In this document: in pieces, positions 47,397 to 59,550 of the stretch
Layout: the number at the start of each line of letters is the position of its first letter
How positions within the stretch are numbered: the stretch's first letter is position 1
NCBI GenBank assembly: GCA_021613535.1
Contig: CP075492.1
Location: 5,828,001 to 5,892,000, forward strand
DNA: 64,000 nt
Origin: Adineta vaga
Taxonomy: Eukaryota > Animalia > Rotifera
Reading direction: 5' to 3'
The notes under the pieces: model-generated
Database searches by the model: none
What the model saw: the letters and a program-made list of their open reading frames with translations, nothing else
Told to the model about the DNA's origin: nothing
Program-made: the position numbers and the translations under genes

Positions 47397-48379
47397 TCAT
47401 TTTCCAGCGGCAGTAGTTGGAAGACTAGTAGTAGTAGTAGTTGTTGGAACGGCCGTCGAAACTGTTGCTGATGTAGTTACTAATGTTGCTACTGTAGTTG
47501 TGCTCGTCAATGTCGGATTGGTTGTAGAAGGTGTTGATGCAGGATTAACAACTGTTGCACTAAGAACTTTGCCTAATGTATCCGTAAGAACATTGATAAG
47601 AATATTACCGGTTTGTGATGAACCAGTTGGTGGAGGATAACTGTATTGTTTAATAATGTTTCCATTATCTAAAGTTTGTGTAACACCTGTAAAAGTCATA
47701 TTCTGTTGATAATCACCCACAACAACTGATGAAAGAACGTCACCAGCAGTACCCAAAACTTGATTGACAATTTTACCAGCTAAATTAACATAAAATGATG
47801 TATATTTTTAATTTAAATGAGATGTTTTTTTATTTACCACTATCAATAATTTGATGAATAAGTTGACCATCCTGTGTAAATGTAGCTAATAGATTATTTA
47901 TAACTTGAAAAACGCCATCAATAACGGATGTAAGTAATGGATTGAGATCAAGTGACTCCATTGTTCGTGTCACAATTTTTGCTATATTATCAAGATAAAC
48001 TGCTAATTGAACTTGAGCTCGAACACCTATTACAAAAGAAAACATATTACTTCATTTTATTTATCGATTTCATTTTCTTACCAACGATTGTTAAATTAAC
48101 TTTATCAATGGATATATCAACACCCGCATTTATGGCAACTAAACTAGCAACATTAGCTGAAATACTTACATGCGCTTGAATATCTTCTACGACTAAAGAT
48201 ATTTCTTGAACACTCAAATCTGGAACATGAAGCCAAACATCGGGTGGATTATTGATATTAAATGGTAATGCAGTACATGTAGAATTTCGATTGTATGGAC
48301 AAGATGAATTATTTGTTTGCGTTAATATTAAAGTTGGAATACAAATAACAAATATAATTGTAGATAGAGAATACATCAT
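47397..48379 (-). CDS. Secreted protein of uncharacterised fungal/actinobacterial-type family (copy A, long, 3 exons)
   Basis: Signal peptide; PDVWLHVPDLSVQEISLVVEDIQAHVSISANVASLVAINAGVDISIDKVNLTI...SLDLNP; second beta-rich domain with NMTFTG; Thr-rich tail. Confidence 0.75.
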
Positions 48380-48614
48380 TTTAGAATATCTAATCGAAAC
48401 TATGAATATTTTGAATACGAATAAAAGCAATTATCTTTTATCTATCTTTATATAGATATATAAATCTATTTCGTCCTGCATGCTTTCTTTCTCCTTGAAT
48501 AAAAGAACGAAAGAGGCTAATGAGTAGATATCTTTATAAATTATCATGAATGATGTATTTATTGTTAAACAAAAGAAAACAAGAAAAAGAAAAAGAAAGA
48601 AAAAAAGATCGTTT

Positions 48615-49142
48615 TTAAAGAAGATTGTCTACTGTATTTTGAACACCTTTGATCGTTCGAGCAAGAAGAGGATTAAGATCGATCGATTCAAGTGTTCGAT
48701 TGACAATATCAACCAGTTTATCGAATTTAACAGCTAATTGAACTTGTACATTAACACCTAAGTAATAGAAACTATTTAGAAAACGATCAATTTTTATTTT
48801 TTTTATACACTTACCAGAAATTTTTAAATGCACACTAGAAATACTTACAGATACACCTGCTGTAAGATTTACTAATGATGCAACACGTGCATCAAGATTT
48901 AAACGCGCTTTGATATTATCGACACGTAGTTCAATTAACGGAACTTCAACTTTTGCATCAAGCCAAACATCTGGTGGATTAGTAGTATTAAATGGTAATT
49001 CTGACGTACATATTGATGCACTTCCCGTACAATTATCAGTTGATGTTTCTTGATAATTTGTATAAGCAACTGTTGACGTTTCTTGTCCTAATTGACCAGC
49101 AATCGCAATTGCGAATAATATGATAGCTGTTAACATCAACAT
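48615..49142 (-). CDS. Secreted protein of the same family (copy B, short, 2 exons)
   Basis: Signal peptide; PDVWLDAKVEVPLIELRVDNIKARLNLDARVASLVNLTAGV...SIDLNP; 57-nt in-frame intron at 48758-48814. Confidence 0.75.
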   Translation of the reverse strand: MLMLTAIILFAIAIAGQLGQETSTVAYTNYQETSTDNCTGSASICTSELPFNTTNPPDVWLDAKVEVPLIELRVDNIKARLNLDARVASLVNLTAGVSVSISSVHLKISGKCIKKIKIDRFLNSFYYLGVNVQVQLAVKFDKLVDIVNRTLESIDLNPLLARTIKGVQNTVDNLL

Positions 49143-50096
49143 GATAGAAATATTTTGATTTGATTTGATTTTGTTTCGAACGTACAAAAATCAAATTAAT
49201 GATCTAATCAAGCGTAACACACATTGTTGTCTTCTCCTTTTTGTTCTTTATCACCTATGACAATGGATAATACCTACAAAAAAATAGTGATCGAAATAGT
49301 TTTGTAATACATTTTTTCATGCAATATAAACCTTGCTAAAATCGAAGAATAACAATCAGTAAATATTCGGTTTATCTTCTTTGATTATTCATGCGTGCTC
49401 TGTTTATTAATCTGGTATGATTGTGAAGGTGGACCATTACACGAAAGCAACGAAAAATCCTACTTAAGTGCTTCTAGTTGTTGTTCATTTTCCTATTCTT
49501 CGATTCGATGCAAGACAAAAATAGTGCACGTGAAAAGTCTTTACCTACACAAACTTTTATTTATTTTCATTAATATTTCATATCGTTTGTTCTTTTCGAA
49601 TAGAAGATAAAGATGATAGCGGTGATCATAGTTCCCTTAACTTTGGATAAGTCTTATATTGAATTCTTCATCGATTGATGTAATGTGAGAGAGAGAAAGT
49701 TACTGATCTTAAACTAGGGTTTCTATGCAGTATACTCTGCTGACATTCAGAACTTTGTAGATTAACATTGTTCATTTATCGTTAAGTGTTTTTCAATATT
49801 TGAATACATATCTTTTTCTTTCTTACATCGACACACATTGTTTTTTTTGTTTTTGCAAATACAGAGAGAAGAAGAAAAAAAAGAAGACAAAGTTAAACTT
49901 CATTTACACCACAGTAGAGAACAGCTAGACAGATACAGAAAAAGAATAAGAGACTCTTTGGTTTTTTTTGTTTCTTTACAAATAGTATAACATATTTTAA
50001 CAAACGACAAAAGAAAAAAGAAAAGAAGAAGAAGAAAAGCGAAATACACACAGATACACGAATTTGACGTAGCTGTAACATTCATACACGAACAAA

Positions 50097-52293
50097 TTAG
50101 GATGCTCTAAAGAGAGAAAATGAATATAATTCAATTGTATAACTAGAAAACTTACTCTGATGTATCCATGCCATCTGTAGGTGCCGATTCATCTGCTGTT
50201 GTTTCTGATGGTTCGCCTTCGGCAGCAACTGTCACAGTTTTTATTACTTCTTCAGTTGTTGTCGTCGTTATAATTGTTTCAGATCCTGCTGGAGTAATTT
50301 CATTCGATGAACCATTTTCTGTCGTCGTTTCTTCACTTGTTGATGGAACAATAACAGTTGATTCTGTCACTTTTGTTACTTGTATAACACTGGTACCATT
50401 AACAGCATCAGAACTGGCTTTACGTTTATTAGAAATTTGTTTGAAATTTGCTTGATCACGTCGATTATCGCCATCATCATCTTCAGAATCTGACAGTTCA
50501 CGTTCATCAGCAACACGACGATCACTTTGTACTTGTGAAATACGCTAAAATCAGATTTACGATTATTTCATGAGAGTTTATATCGAAAATTGATTTACTT
50601 TGTCGGGATCATTATCTTTGTCTTCATCAACGACTCGATCAACATCCATGGCATCATCCGGAATCGCTATAAGAAAATAGTGAATAATAACTGAATTGTA
50701 ATTCAATATAAAAACTTACGTTGCATTTGAACACCTGGTACATGTGGTAACATTCGGAGATTATCGAATAGTTTAACTCTATTTAAACCAAACAAGAAAA
50801 AAGATTGTTCCTTTCGTATTCAATTTAATCGATTAGTTTTACTTGATTTTATCTAAATAATCCGAACTATTTTGATTTGGCATATTGGATGGACTTATAT
50901 GTAATTTAAAATCAGGTCCATAATATTCAAAATAATCATTATAAGGCAATTCTAAATGTATTATTTAGAGTGAATGATTAGTAGAATGAAATGAAGAAGA
51001 CATACCATTTGGAATTTCCTGATTGAGTGCAATCGCTGTTTCATATGTCCAAGCACGAGCAACATTACGAATTGTATAACCACCACCACCAACAAGTAGC
51101 AAAGGTAGATTATAACCTTTCATAAATTCCACACATTTGCCATGGCCTAGGAAAAAAAACACCATAAAGGAATTAGAATTTTTACTCTCTCCTAAGAACA
51201 ATCACCTTTGAGTGTTAAATTAAAGCAACCAAGACGATCACCCGTAAGTGAATCAGCTCCACATTGAAGTACAACAGCATTTGGTTGATATGATTCCATA
51301 ACTTTTGTCATGACAGGTTTAAATATTGTTTCATACGAATCATCATCAATACCATCACGTAACGGAAAATTAACAGCATAGTATTTACCACGGCCAGCTC
51401 CAATATCCTAAAGAAATTTGTTCAATGTGAACTGATTAAAATTTCATCCATACGCGATAACTTACTCGTAAATCGCCAGTACCAGGAAAATATTCTCCAA
51501 ATTTATGGAATGAAACCGTCATCACTCTATCGGTGGTATAGAAAGCTTCTTCGACTCCATCACCATGATGAATATCAATATCGATATAGAGTACACGTTG
51601 ATGATATCTAGAATAATGAAAAATATACTCAAATTTTTCGTTGCAAATGAAGAGAACATACTTGAGTAATTCTAGAATGGCTAAAACAATATCATTGATA
51701 TAACAAAATCCGGATGCTTCTGATTTTTTTGCATGATGAAGACCACCAGCCCAATTAATGGCAATATCGGTTAATTTTCGATTAAGTTTTACGGCACCAG
51801 CTAATGATCCACCTGCTGAAATTTGACAAAATTCATAGAGACCTTCAAATACAGGACAATCTTCTCCAACATTAAAACGTTGCATTTGTTTATTGAAATC
51901 AAGAATATTATCCGGTCGAATATTTTGAATAAATTTTACATATTCATCACTATGAAAACGAGTCATTTCATCCGATATTGCTTTATGTGGACGCTAAATA
52001 CGAATAAATTTATTTGGAAAAAAAGAAGAAAAACAGATTTCAACATACATAAACTTCCATTTTACGATAAAGTCCATAATTGAGAATTAAATTATGTGTC
52101 ATACGTATACGATGTGGCTTCATCGGATGGCCTTGTCTATTCGAACAAAAGAAGATACATTGTTGTACAAGACAGACAAAAAACAATTCTTTTTCATCAT
52201 TTACCCGTAATAATAATTGCCTACATCGAAATCGTAGTAATAAGAGACCTTTTTTCGACTATGAGGACCAACAGTTCCTGGTGTGGTGGTCAT
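50097..52293 (-). CDS. HDAC1: Histone deacetylase 1/2 (Rpd3)
   Basis: [78 protein letters not shown], and an acidic tail. The stop is either at 50152 or after a last micro-exon at 50097. Confidence 0.97.
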
Positions 52294-52702
52294 GTTATTA
52301 GATCTGAATAAGAAGAAATGTTGTTTGTTAGATGAAATATTGATCGATGAAAGTAACAAAGAAAGAGAACTGAGAATGACTGACCACCTAAAGAGTGGAC
52401 GATTAGAATAATGAATAAACAAATATCAATTGCCTTATATTGATTGGTAGAAGGAGAAGAAAGGAATATGAAAAAATAAAATTTATGAAATAAAATACTT
52501 CATTTTATTATTATATTTTGTTAAAATTATTTTTTATCATTTCGAATGCACTGAATTTATTTGACAAAGAGACATCTATTGAAAGTATTCTTATTGATAA
52601 AACAATTGAACCAATCGGATAATTGAATGAACGCAGAAACACGTAGTTGATTGAAAATTTCGGCACATTTACCCTATTACCTATTATTTGTTTAATTTTC
52701 AG
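52294..52702. promoter_or_regulatory. Probable bidirectional promoter HDAC1/CAML-like
   Basis: Divergent starts about 410 bp apart; opposed CCAAT boxes (GATTGG near 52442, CCAATC at 52611). Confidence 0.45.
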
Positions 52703-53359
52703 ATGTTAACTCCGGAAGAACGTCGTCAACGTATTCTAGCTAAGTCAGAAGCACGGCTTGCTAAACTTCGTGAGGTTAATCGAAGTGAAAATCCTACAGA
52801 AGTTCCACCAATGGCACCTGTTTCTGTTGAAGCACCAGTCGAACTTTTGAAAAAATCTGAAGGCTTAAAATCATCTTCACCTCCTACTATGCCGTCTGTT
52901 AATAACAATAGATCGTCATCATCATCATCATCAATTTTTTCAACTATTGCTTCAGCAACAAAAATGATGAATACATTGACATCTTCATCAAAAACAAAAT
53001 CAACATCTGAAGTTACCAAAGAAATGATTCTTGTCGATAAACAACATATTCTCGTATTAATCCTTGGAATACTTGTTAGTCTTCTCTACTCATTTTATAT
53101 ATCATCTCAATCAAATTTCTTTTTTTTGGTTTATTTCACATCTTGTATATGTATATTAACGTCACGTTATTATATGATGAATATGAAACATCGATCAAAT
53201 ATACTGATAACAACAGCAATGGTGTCAGGTTTTAAACCAGAACTGATGAAAAATGTTCTTTTGATTTATACACTTGTATGTGATGCTTGGATTATATTTG
53301 CGTTTTATTTTGTTTCTTTTTCTTTAACACATGTTGGATGTTCATTATTTAAAAATTAA
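52703..53359 (+). CDS. CAMLG: CAML/Get2-like ER tail-anchored protein insertion receptor
   Basis: N-terminal EERRQRILAKSEARLAKL basic motif, disordered linker, and three C-terminal TM segments. Confidence 0.6.
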   Translation: MLTPEERRQRILAKSEARLAKLREVNRSENPTEVPPMAPVSVEAPVELLKKSEGLKSSSPPTMPSVNNNRSSSSSSSIFSTIASATKMMNTLTSSSKTKSTSEVTKEMILVDKQHILVLILGILVSLLYSFYISSQSNFFFLVYFTSCICILTSRYYMMNMKHRSNILITTAMVSGFKPELMKNVLLIYTLVCDAWIIFAFYFVSFSLTHVGCSLFKN

Positions 53360-53930
53360 TACATTTCAACATTCTTTCAATTATTGTTATTTTTATGAGA
53401 GTAAAACAAAAGAAGAAGAAGATGATGGAGGTAATCTGAATAAATATGAATATGACGATTGAAAGTGACATGCTCAATGTTCCCGTTTTTTCTATATATT
53501 TAAATATGTATATGACTATTTTTACAAAGCACTATCACAATTACTGATGTCAAAAATAGAACTTTACTAGCGAACAAGGTCGTTTTTTTCTCATCATATT
53601 TTGTCATACTTTATCCTGTAACTTATTTTCTCTCGTGATAAATTCAGTGTTTTACGATTTGTAAATAAAAAAAAAAGCTTGATTGAGTCGATGAACGAGG
53701 AAACGATAGAAGAGTTTTGTTTGTAAATGCATAAATATATTATCCTTGTTGAATATGTTTAAATGTCAAACATTTTATTTATTTGTTAATAGAGTCAGGA
53801 ACAAAACTAGAAAAACACAGTCATGCATTAAATGAAAAGCGTAGATAAAGAAGGATCATATCTGAGATACTTTTTGTACAATAATTGAAAGAAAAGTTTG
53901 AGATATTGTATATTATATTTCCAATGAGGC

Positions 53931-54182
53931 CTATGGTGTCGGTGCAAAACCTGCAGCGATACAAGCTGCTGAACATTTTCCAAAAGCCACATTGCAAGCT
54001 ATTATAGCTGGTGCTGTAGCAGCTCCAGCAGTCACCGTGCCAAATACCGCACCAGCAGCTGCATAACAAGCAACAACCATTGCGGCACAACCAGCTTGAC
54101 ATATACCATATGCTGCTGGTCCACTATGCACACATGTTGATGTTAATAGAATTAAACTTAGAAATATGGTGGCGAGTTTCAT
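53931..54182 (-). CDS. Small secreted Cys/Ala-rich peptide (zygote-specific Zys-like family), copy 1
   Basis: Signal peptide plus GPAAYGICQAGCAAMVVACYAAAGAVFGTV...ACNVAFGKCSAAC...PTP (six mature Cys). Confidence 0.85.
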   Translation of the reverse strand: MKLATIFLSLILLTSTCVHSGPAAYGICQAGCAAMVVACYAAAGAVFGTVTAGAATAPAIIACNVAFGKCSAACIAAGFAPTP

Positions 54183-55030
54183 GATTTAAATTGATGATTC
54201 AGTTCACAATGTAATGGGACCATTGTTGCATGCAAAACTAAACATTTATATATCATTTTTAACTGCGCAATTTCTCAGTTGCAAAACTTTCAGCATGGAT
54301 AAGAAAGAAACATGACGCATACATGAGTGATCTTGCATAAGTATTTCTATTATTAAGAGAAACAACGAAATGGTAGTAGTTTTGAATCAACTTTTTATTT
54401 TCGATAAACAATATGTCTTAGAACAAAAATGAAGTATTTGTCATTACTCAATTTGCAATGATTTAAGACATTTTTGCGTCTATTTTTAAATACACATGAT
54501 GTTAATGCACAATAACTACCTCGCCATGGTAAAAATAATCGCTCGATGACGAAACGTTTTCTTATTCTTTGCATTTTTTCCCAGTGACGAGTCAAACGTG
54601 AAATCATGTATTACTTTATTAGAAAATGAGAATAAACGTATGACCGTTTCGAGCATTTTCAGAACTACTAAATAGTCGTATAAGATGTTATATGTATTAA
54701 ATTCTATAATTAAATGAAAAAATTCTGATGGCTATTTATTTTAAACGATACAATGTTTTATAATACTACTATTCTATTTGAAACGCAACTACCCGTCTAT
54801 ATTACGGATCTTTGTGATAATTCAAGTTTTTTCTATTGTAGATTAAAATAAAACCTTTTTATTTGTTTTAAAAAACTTGTTGTTTTAGTTAAACATACAC
54901 TAGATGCAAAAATGTGGAATTTAAACTAAAATTGTTGAGTTGATGGAGGGAAAACATATATCGTCTTTAAAAGATTAATTCTTTAGAAATAATATTACAG
55001 GAATAAGTAAAGACTTAATGTAAATTATAT

Positions 55031-55282
55031 TCATGGCGTTGGTGTAAGAACTAAAGCAGCACATGCGGCTGAGCATTGACCAAATGCAGCATTACAGGCT
55101 ACAATGGCTGGTACTGTACCAGCTCCGGCTGTAACTGTACCGAATACTGCTCCAGCTGCTGCTTAGCAAGCAACGACAGCGGCAGCACAACCGGCTTGAC
55201 ATATTCCATATACTGCTGGTCCACCTTGAACGCAGCTTGATAAAAGCAGAATAAAACTTAGAATTAACGCAGTTAATTTCAT
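55031..55282 (-). pseudogene. Copy 2 of Cys/Ala-rich peptide, interrupted by an in-frame TAA
   Basis: Full-length 84-codon alignment with copies 1 and 3; TAA at 55163-55165 replaces the conserved Tyr of ACYAAAG. Confidence 0.75.
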
Positions 55283-55645
55283 TGTTCGAATTAGTGGTTC
55301 GTTCGAAGATATTATTGCATGATTATGATGAGAGCGTCTACTTTTATATGTGTTTTGTTTTGAAATACGCAATTTTTTCTCCACTCATTAATTACATTAG
55401 TGAAAGCAATTACATGACATAATACATGCATGAGTAAACGTACGAAAATATTTTATTATATATAAGAAAAGAAAAAGGAAGATGTATAGAAATAGCCAAA
55501 TATTTTTGAAAATAAGATAAAACATTTTATTTAGAAAGAAAACTTATTCTCGTTGTTTTCATAATATTGTCTGAAGTTTATGCGCTTCTTCTTGAAATTA
55601 ATTATTTGATTAGTTATTAATTGGAAGACATTTTCTCGCCTATAT

Positions 55646-55897
55646 TTATGGTGTTGGTGTGAAGACTGCAACGGCGCAAGCCGCTGAACATTTCCCAAAC
55701 GCCAGGTTACAAAGTACTATAACTGCTGGTGTACCAATCCCAGCGGTTGCTGTACCAAAAACCGCACCAGCTGCAGAATAGCAACCAGTAGCAACGGCAG
55801 CACATCCAGCTTGACATATACCGTAAGCTAAGAGACCAGCTTCGGTATATAATGTTGTAAACAATAAAAGATACAATAAAACCGTTATGTATCTCAT
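55646..55897 (-). CDS. Small secreted Cys/Ala-rich peptide, copy 3
   Basis: GLLAYGICQAGCAAVATGCYSAAGAVFGT...CNLAFGKCSAAC...PTP. Confidence 0.85.
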   Translation of the reverse strand: MRYITVLLYLLLFTTLYTEAGLLAYGICQAGCAAVATGCYSAAGAVFGTATAGIGTPAVIVLCNLAFGKCSAACAVAVFTPTP

Positions 55898-56522
55898 AGT
55901 TTCAAATGATAAACTATCTGAAAATAAAAAAAAGTCTAATATATCATTGATATATATTTTGTTTCAAAAGTAATTCAATTTTCTAACGGCAAACGATGAG
56001 ACATTAATACTAGATGGTACATCAGTTCGAGACGATGCATACGAATGTTGATCGGATGGAGAACATAAATCTATTTACGTAACATTATATGTTGTTTCAG
56101 TTTTAAAACATATTCTAAACAAAAATTGTACAGAACCACATAAATGTGAAATGCTTCGTATCGCATTAATCAGTATTCAGTAGCAAAGTAATATAGATTT
56201 GTAGGACGTCTCTGTTTGACAGACGACAGCCAAAACAAGGATGTTAACGAAGTAGATGAGAATAAATCGCGGAAAGAAATCGCTAATTTGAATATATGTT
56301 TTTGTAATCAAACAAAAGGAAAGAATAACATTTAGTTATATTATATTACGGAAGATATATATTTGCTATTGCGTAGTTGTATTATCATATGATTATAGAG
56401 TCGATAGAAAGATTTATGTAGAAATAAATACGTTTTTATTAAAAAGTGTTTTTAAAAACTCGCTTTCAATTAATAAAAACAAATAAACAAAACTAATAAG
56501 TTCTTCTAATTCTGCTAATTAA

Positions 56523-57116
56523 TCATAGTTTGTTTTGATCAGTATTCAATGTCATTGAACTATAACTTTTACTATGTTGAATGACGACACCTTTATCATC
56601 AGTTGTATTGATTTCTTCTGAAATATGTTTTTGGCCATTATGAATTAATTCTCGAAGACATGTTGTTGTGTGTGTTGAATGAAGTTTCTTTCGTCGACTT
56701 TTTCGTGGTGATACTGTTGTTGGTGTATTTGTAATTGTTGTACAAACAGGTTGTACATGATCTAATCTCTTTTGAATTTCACTTAAATCATCCATCATTG
56801 GTGCTAATGCATCAGTTTTAATGGAATCTTCTAATGTATCTAATCTATCTTCATCAAATCCTGTATCATAATCACCATTATCATAGAAATCAACAGGTAA
56901 TGATCGCCAATCAAACATGTGTTCAAAACGTTCATGCATACTTGCCATGATTTTATTCATTTCATCGAATAATGATGGTGATGCTGGACCTTCTTCAATT
57001 GAAGTATGAACAATGGCAAACGGAGGAGGGTGACGTTCGAATAGCATTGGAAATGGCCAACTAGAAATCATTCCTAATAGAACCATTAAGCATGTTGTTT
57101 GAAATAAAATCGCCAT
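56523..57116 (-). CDS. Secreted protein of unknown function
   Basis: Intronless ORF; signal peptide MAILFQTTCLMVLLGMISS/WP; acidic middle; polybasic RKSRRKK between two Cys. Confidence 0.7.
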   Translation of the reverse strand: MAILFQTTCLMVLLGMISSWPFPMLFERHPPPFAIVHTSIEEGPASPSLFDEMNKIMASMHERFEHMFDWRSLPVDFYDNGDYDTGFDEDRLDTLEDSIKTDALAPMMDDLSEIQKRLDHVQPVCTTITNTPTTVSPRKSRRKKLHSTHTTTCLRELIHNGQKHISEEINTTDDKGVVIQHSKSYSSMTLNTDQNKL

Positions 57117-57618
57117 GAATTTTTCTCTCTGCACTTAAACGTATGTACGTAATAGATAAAACGAAGAAAATGAATGTGTATATCGTTTGTTTTAACTATT
57201 TATATAGTTCGTTTCCTTTCTTCTCGAATATATACGAATAACCCTCGATATGATTATAACAACATGTATTTTATCGATAAAACTATCTTTATGAAGAATT
57301 TTCTTTAAACAATACTTTCCATTCACATTAATCAAAAGAAAAACCTGATGTCTTTGAAAAATGTTCATATAGCTACTTACCTGTCAATCAATCTCGATTA
57401 AATATATACGTCCTTCTTTTCGAGTTTTTTTCCTATTCTTCGTAATTATAATATATTAAAAACTACCCCGCATCGAATATCGTACAGGTATCGATTGAGA
57501 ATGAATGATTATGAAAAGTAATGTTTTTTCGTTCGTTATAATCATTGTTTAAAACATATTTCGATGATAATATAGAAGGTTATCACGTCTATCACATTGT
57601 GTATACGTAAAATCGACA

Positions 57619-59364
57619 ATGACAATCTTTGAAACATTACCAAATGAAATTTTAATCGAAATTTTTGAATATTTCAATGGTTTTGATATCTTCTTATCTT
57701 TTAATCAATTAAATTCTCGTTTGAATCATTTAATACGAACGATTCCCATTCATTTAAATTTTCAACATATACACAAAACCCTATTTGATCAATTTTGTCT
57801 TCTCATACAATCGAATTCATCGATTAAACAACAAATTTCTTCATTAATATTATCAAATAAAGACACATGTGGTCAAATCGATTTATTTTTATCAAATTTT
57901 TCACTCAAAGACTTTCCTATTCTTCGTTCATTAACATTCATTCAAATTGAACAACAAAATATCAATCAAATCAAATCTATACTTCCATTTCTTGTCAATT
58001 TACAAACTTTTCGTTTACTCGATCTATATGATCTAACAAATGAACATAATGAAATCATTTCACTTCTTCCATTATCTAATCTACGATATTTATCAATTTC
58101 ATCGTTAACATTCATAAAAAGTCAATCTAATCTAACATATTTAACTGTTTCTGGTTGTACACTCGATCAATTATTCTATCAATTCTTTGAACACATACCA
58201 TTATTAAAATATTTGAAAATAGAAAATATTTATAAAGCATCGCATTCAATTAAAAATCATCATTGTTCAATCTATCATCGAGCTTTTCATTTAAAACAAA
58301 TGATTATTAATAATTATGAATATCTATTCGATGAATTCGAAATCTTTGTTCAACTTCTACCAAATCTTCAACAATTAACAATCTCCGCTTTAGATAATCT
58401 CTGTATGATCGATGCACAACGTTGGGAAGTATTAATAAAATCTTCATTGAAAATTTTACGTACATTTCAATTTATCTTCGGTTTATATTGTCGAGGTCAA
58501 GTTCGTCGAAATGTTATTGAAAAATTTCAACAATTTCAAACGAATTTCTGGTCAAAAGAACATTCATGGAATATCGAATATGTTTTAGATACAAATGCTG
58601 CTGTAATTTATACAATACCTTATATATCAAATGCATATCGATTGACTCGATCAACGGAAAAATTTCCGATAAAATCTTTCGAAAATTTTAACAATGTTAC
58701 TGATTTAACATTATCTTGTGAAGCAACGATAAATAATTGTTTGTATTATTTTACCAATATTCGATCATTAACATTAGAATCAATTGTTATCAATTCTAAA
58801 TCCAATGAAAAATATCAATTAGATTTCAAACAAATAAAATCACTTCAAATAACTGTAAATTTCTATAATTTAACTCATTTAGATATTTCATTCTATTCTA
58901 CAATTGAATCGGCGATTCTATTGGAAATATTTACGAACGTATCTCATTTATCCTCATTAACAATCGATCCATTTGTCTTATTCAAACTAATTCATGATAA
59001 GACTTTACATCAGTATTTTCAAAAAATGATTCGACGTTTGAATATCTACAAACTTAATCATCATTCATTTGAAAATTGTCAAAATATCGAACAATTCTGT
59101 GAAATATTTCCACTTCTTGAACAATTAACATGTAGTATCAATCATATCGATCAATTTTCTATGTTATTAAAACGATTAACAAACTTATCGAAAATGAAAA
59201 TTTTCATTATTCCATCTGATACATCTGAACAAATCTTAATTTGGTTTAAAAATGAAGCAAAAAAATTGAATATAATCTATCGTATTCGTCTCATACATTT
59301 CGAAGTGTTTACTGAGAATTCGCCTGATTTATCGTCGATAGAATTGTTTATTTGGTTGGGGTGA
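57619..59364 (+). CDS. F-box/LRR-like protein (lineage-expanded family)
   Basis: FETLPNEILIEIFEYF...FNQLNSRLN F-box followed by degenerate LRRs; FW...W...YTIPY motif; intronless. Confidence 0.88.
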   Translation: MTIFETLPNEILIEIFEYFNGFDIFLSFNQLNSRLNHLIRTIPIHLNFQHIHKTLFDQFCLLIQSNSSIKQQISSLILSNKDTCGQIDLFLSNFSLKDFPILRSLTFIQIEQQNINQIKSILPFLVNLQTFRLLDLYDLTNEHNEIISLLPLSNLRYLSISSLTFIKSQSNLTYLTVSGCTLDQLFYQFFEHIPLLKYLKIENIYKASHSIKNHHCSIYHRAFHLKQMIINNYEYLFDEFEIFVQLLPNLQQLTISALDNLCMIDAQRWEVLIKSSLKILRTFQFIFGLYCRGQVRRNVIEKFQQFQTNFWSKEHSWNIEYVLDTNAAVIYTIPYISNAYRLTRSTEKFPIKSFENFNNVTDLTLSCEATINNCLYYFTNIRSLTLESIVINSKSNEKYQLDFKQIKSLQITVNFYNLTHLDISFYSTIESAILLEIFTNVSHLSSLTIDPFVLFKLIHDKTLHQYFQKMIRRLNIYKLNHHSFENCQNIEQFCEIFPLLEQLTCSINHIDQFSMLLKRLTNLSKMKIFIIPSDTSEQILIWFKNEAKKLNIIYRIRLIHFEVFTENSPDLSSIELFIWLG

Positions 59365-59550
59365 TAATCTTCATTGAAAAACATTAATTTTATCCGACTT
59401 TTTTTTTATATGTTTATTTTTTCATATATAAACAATTGATTTAAAAACGAACGAATCGTAAATTATTCGAATACATGACGTGAATCATATACATATATAA
59501 TAATATCCCATCGTTTTTCTTCTTCTCTTCGATGTTCTATTCTATTTCAT

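Noticed and set aside
55163-55165. TAA reassignment (alternative genetic code)
   Set aside because: TAA terminates many genes in this window, and no other conserved exon examined has an internal stop.
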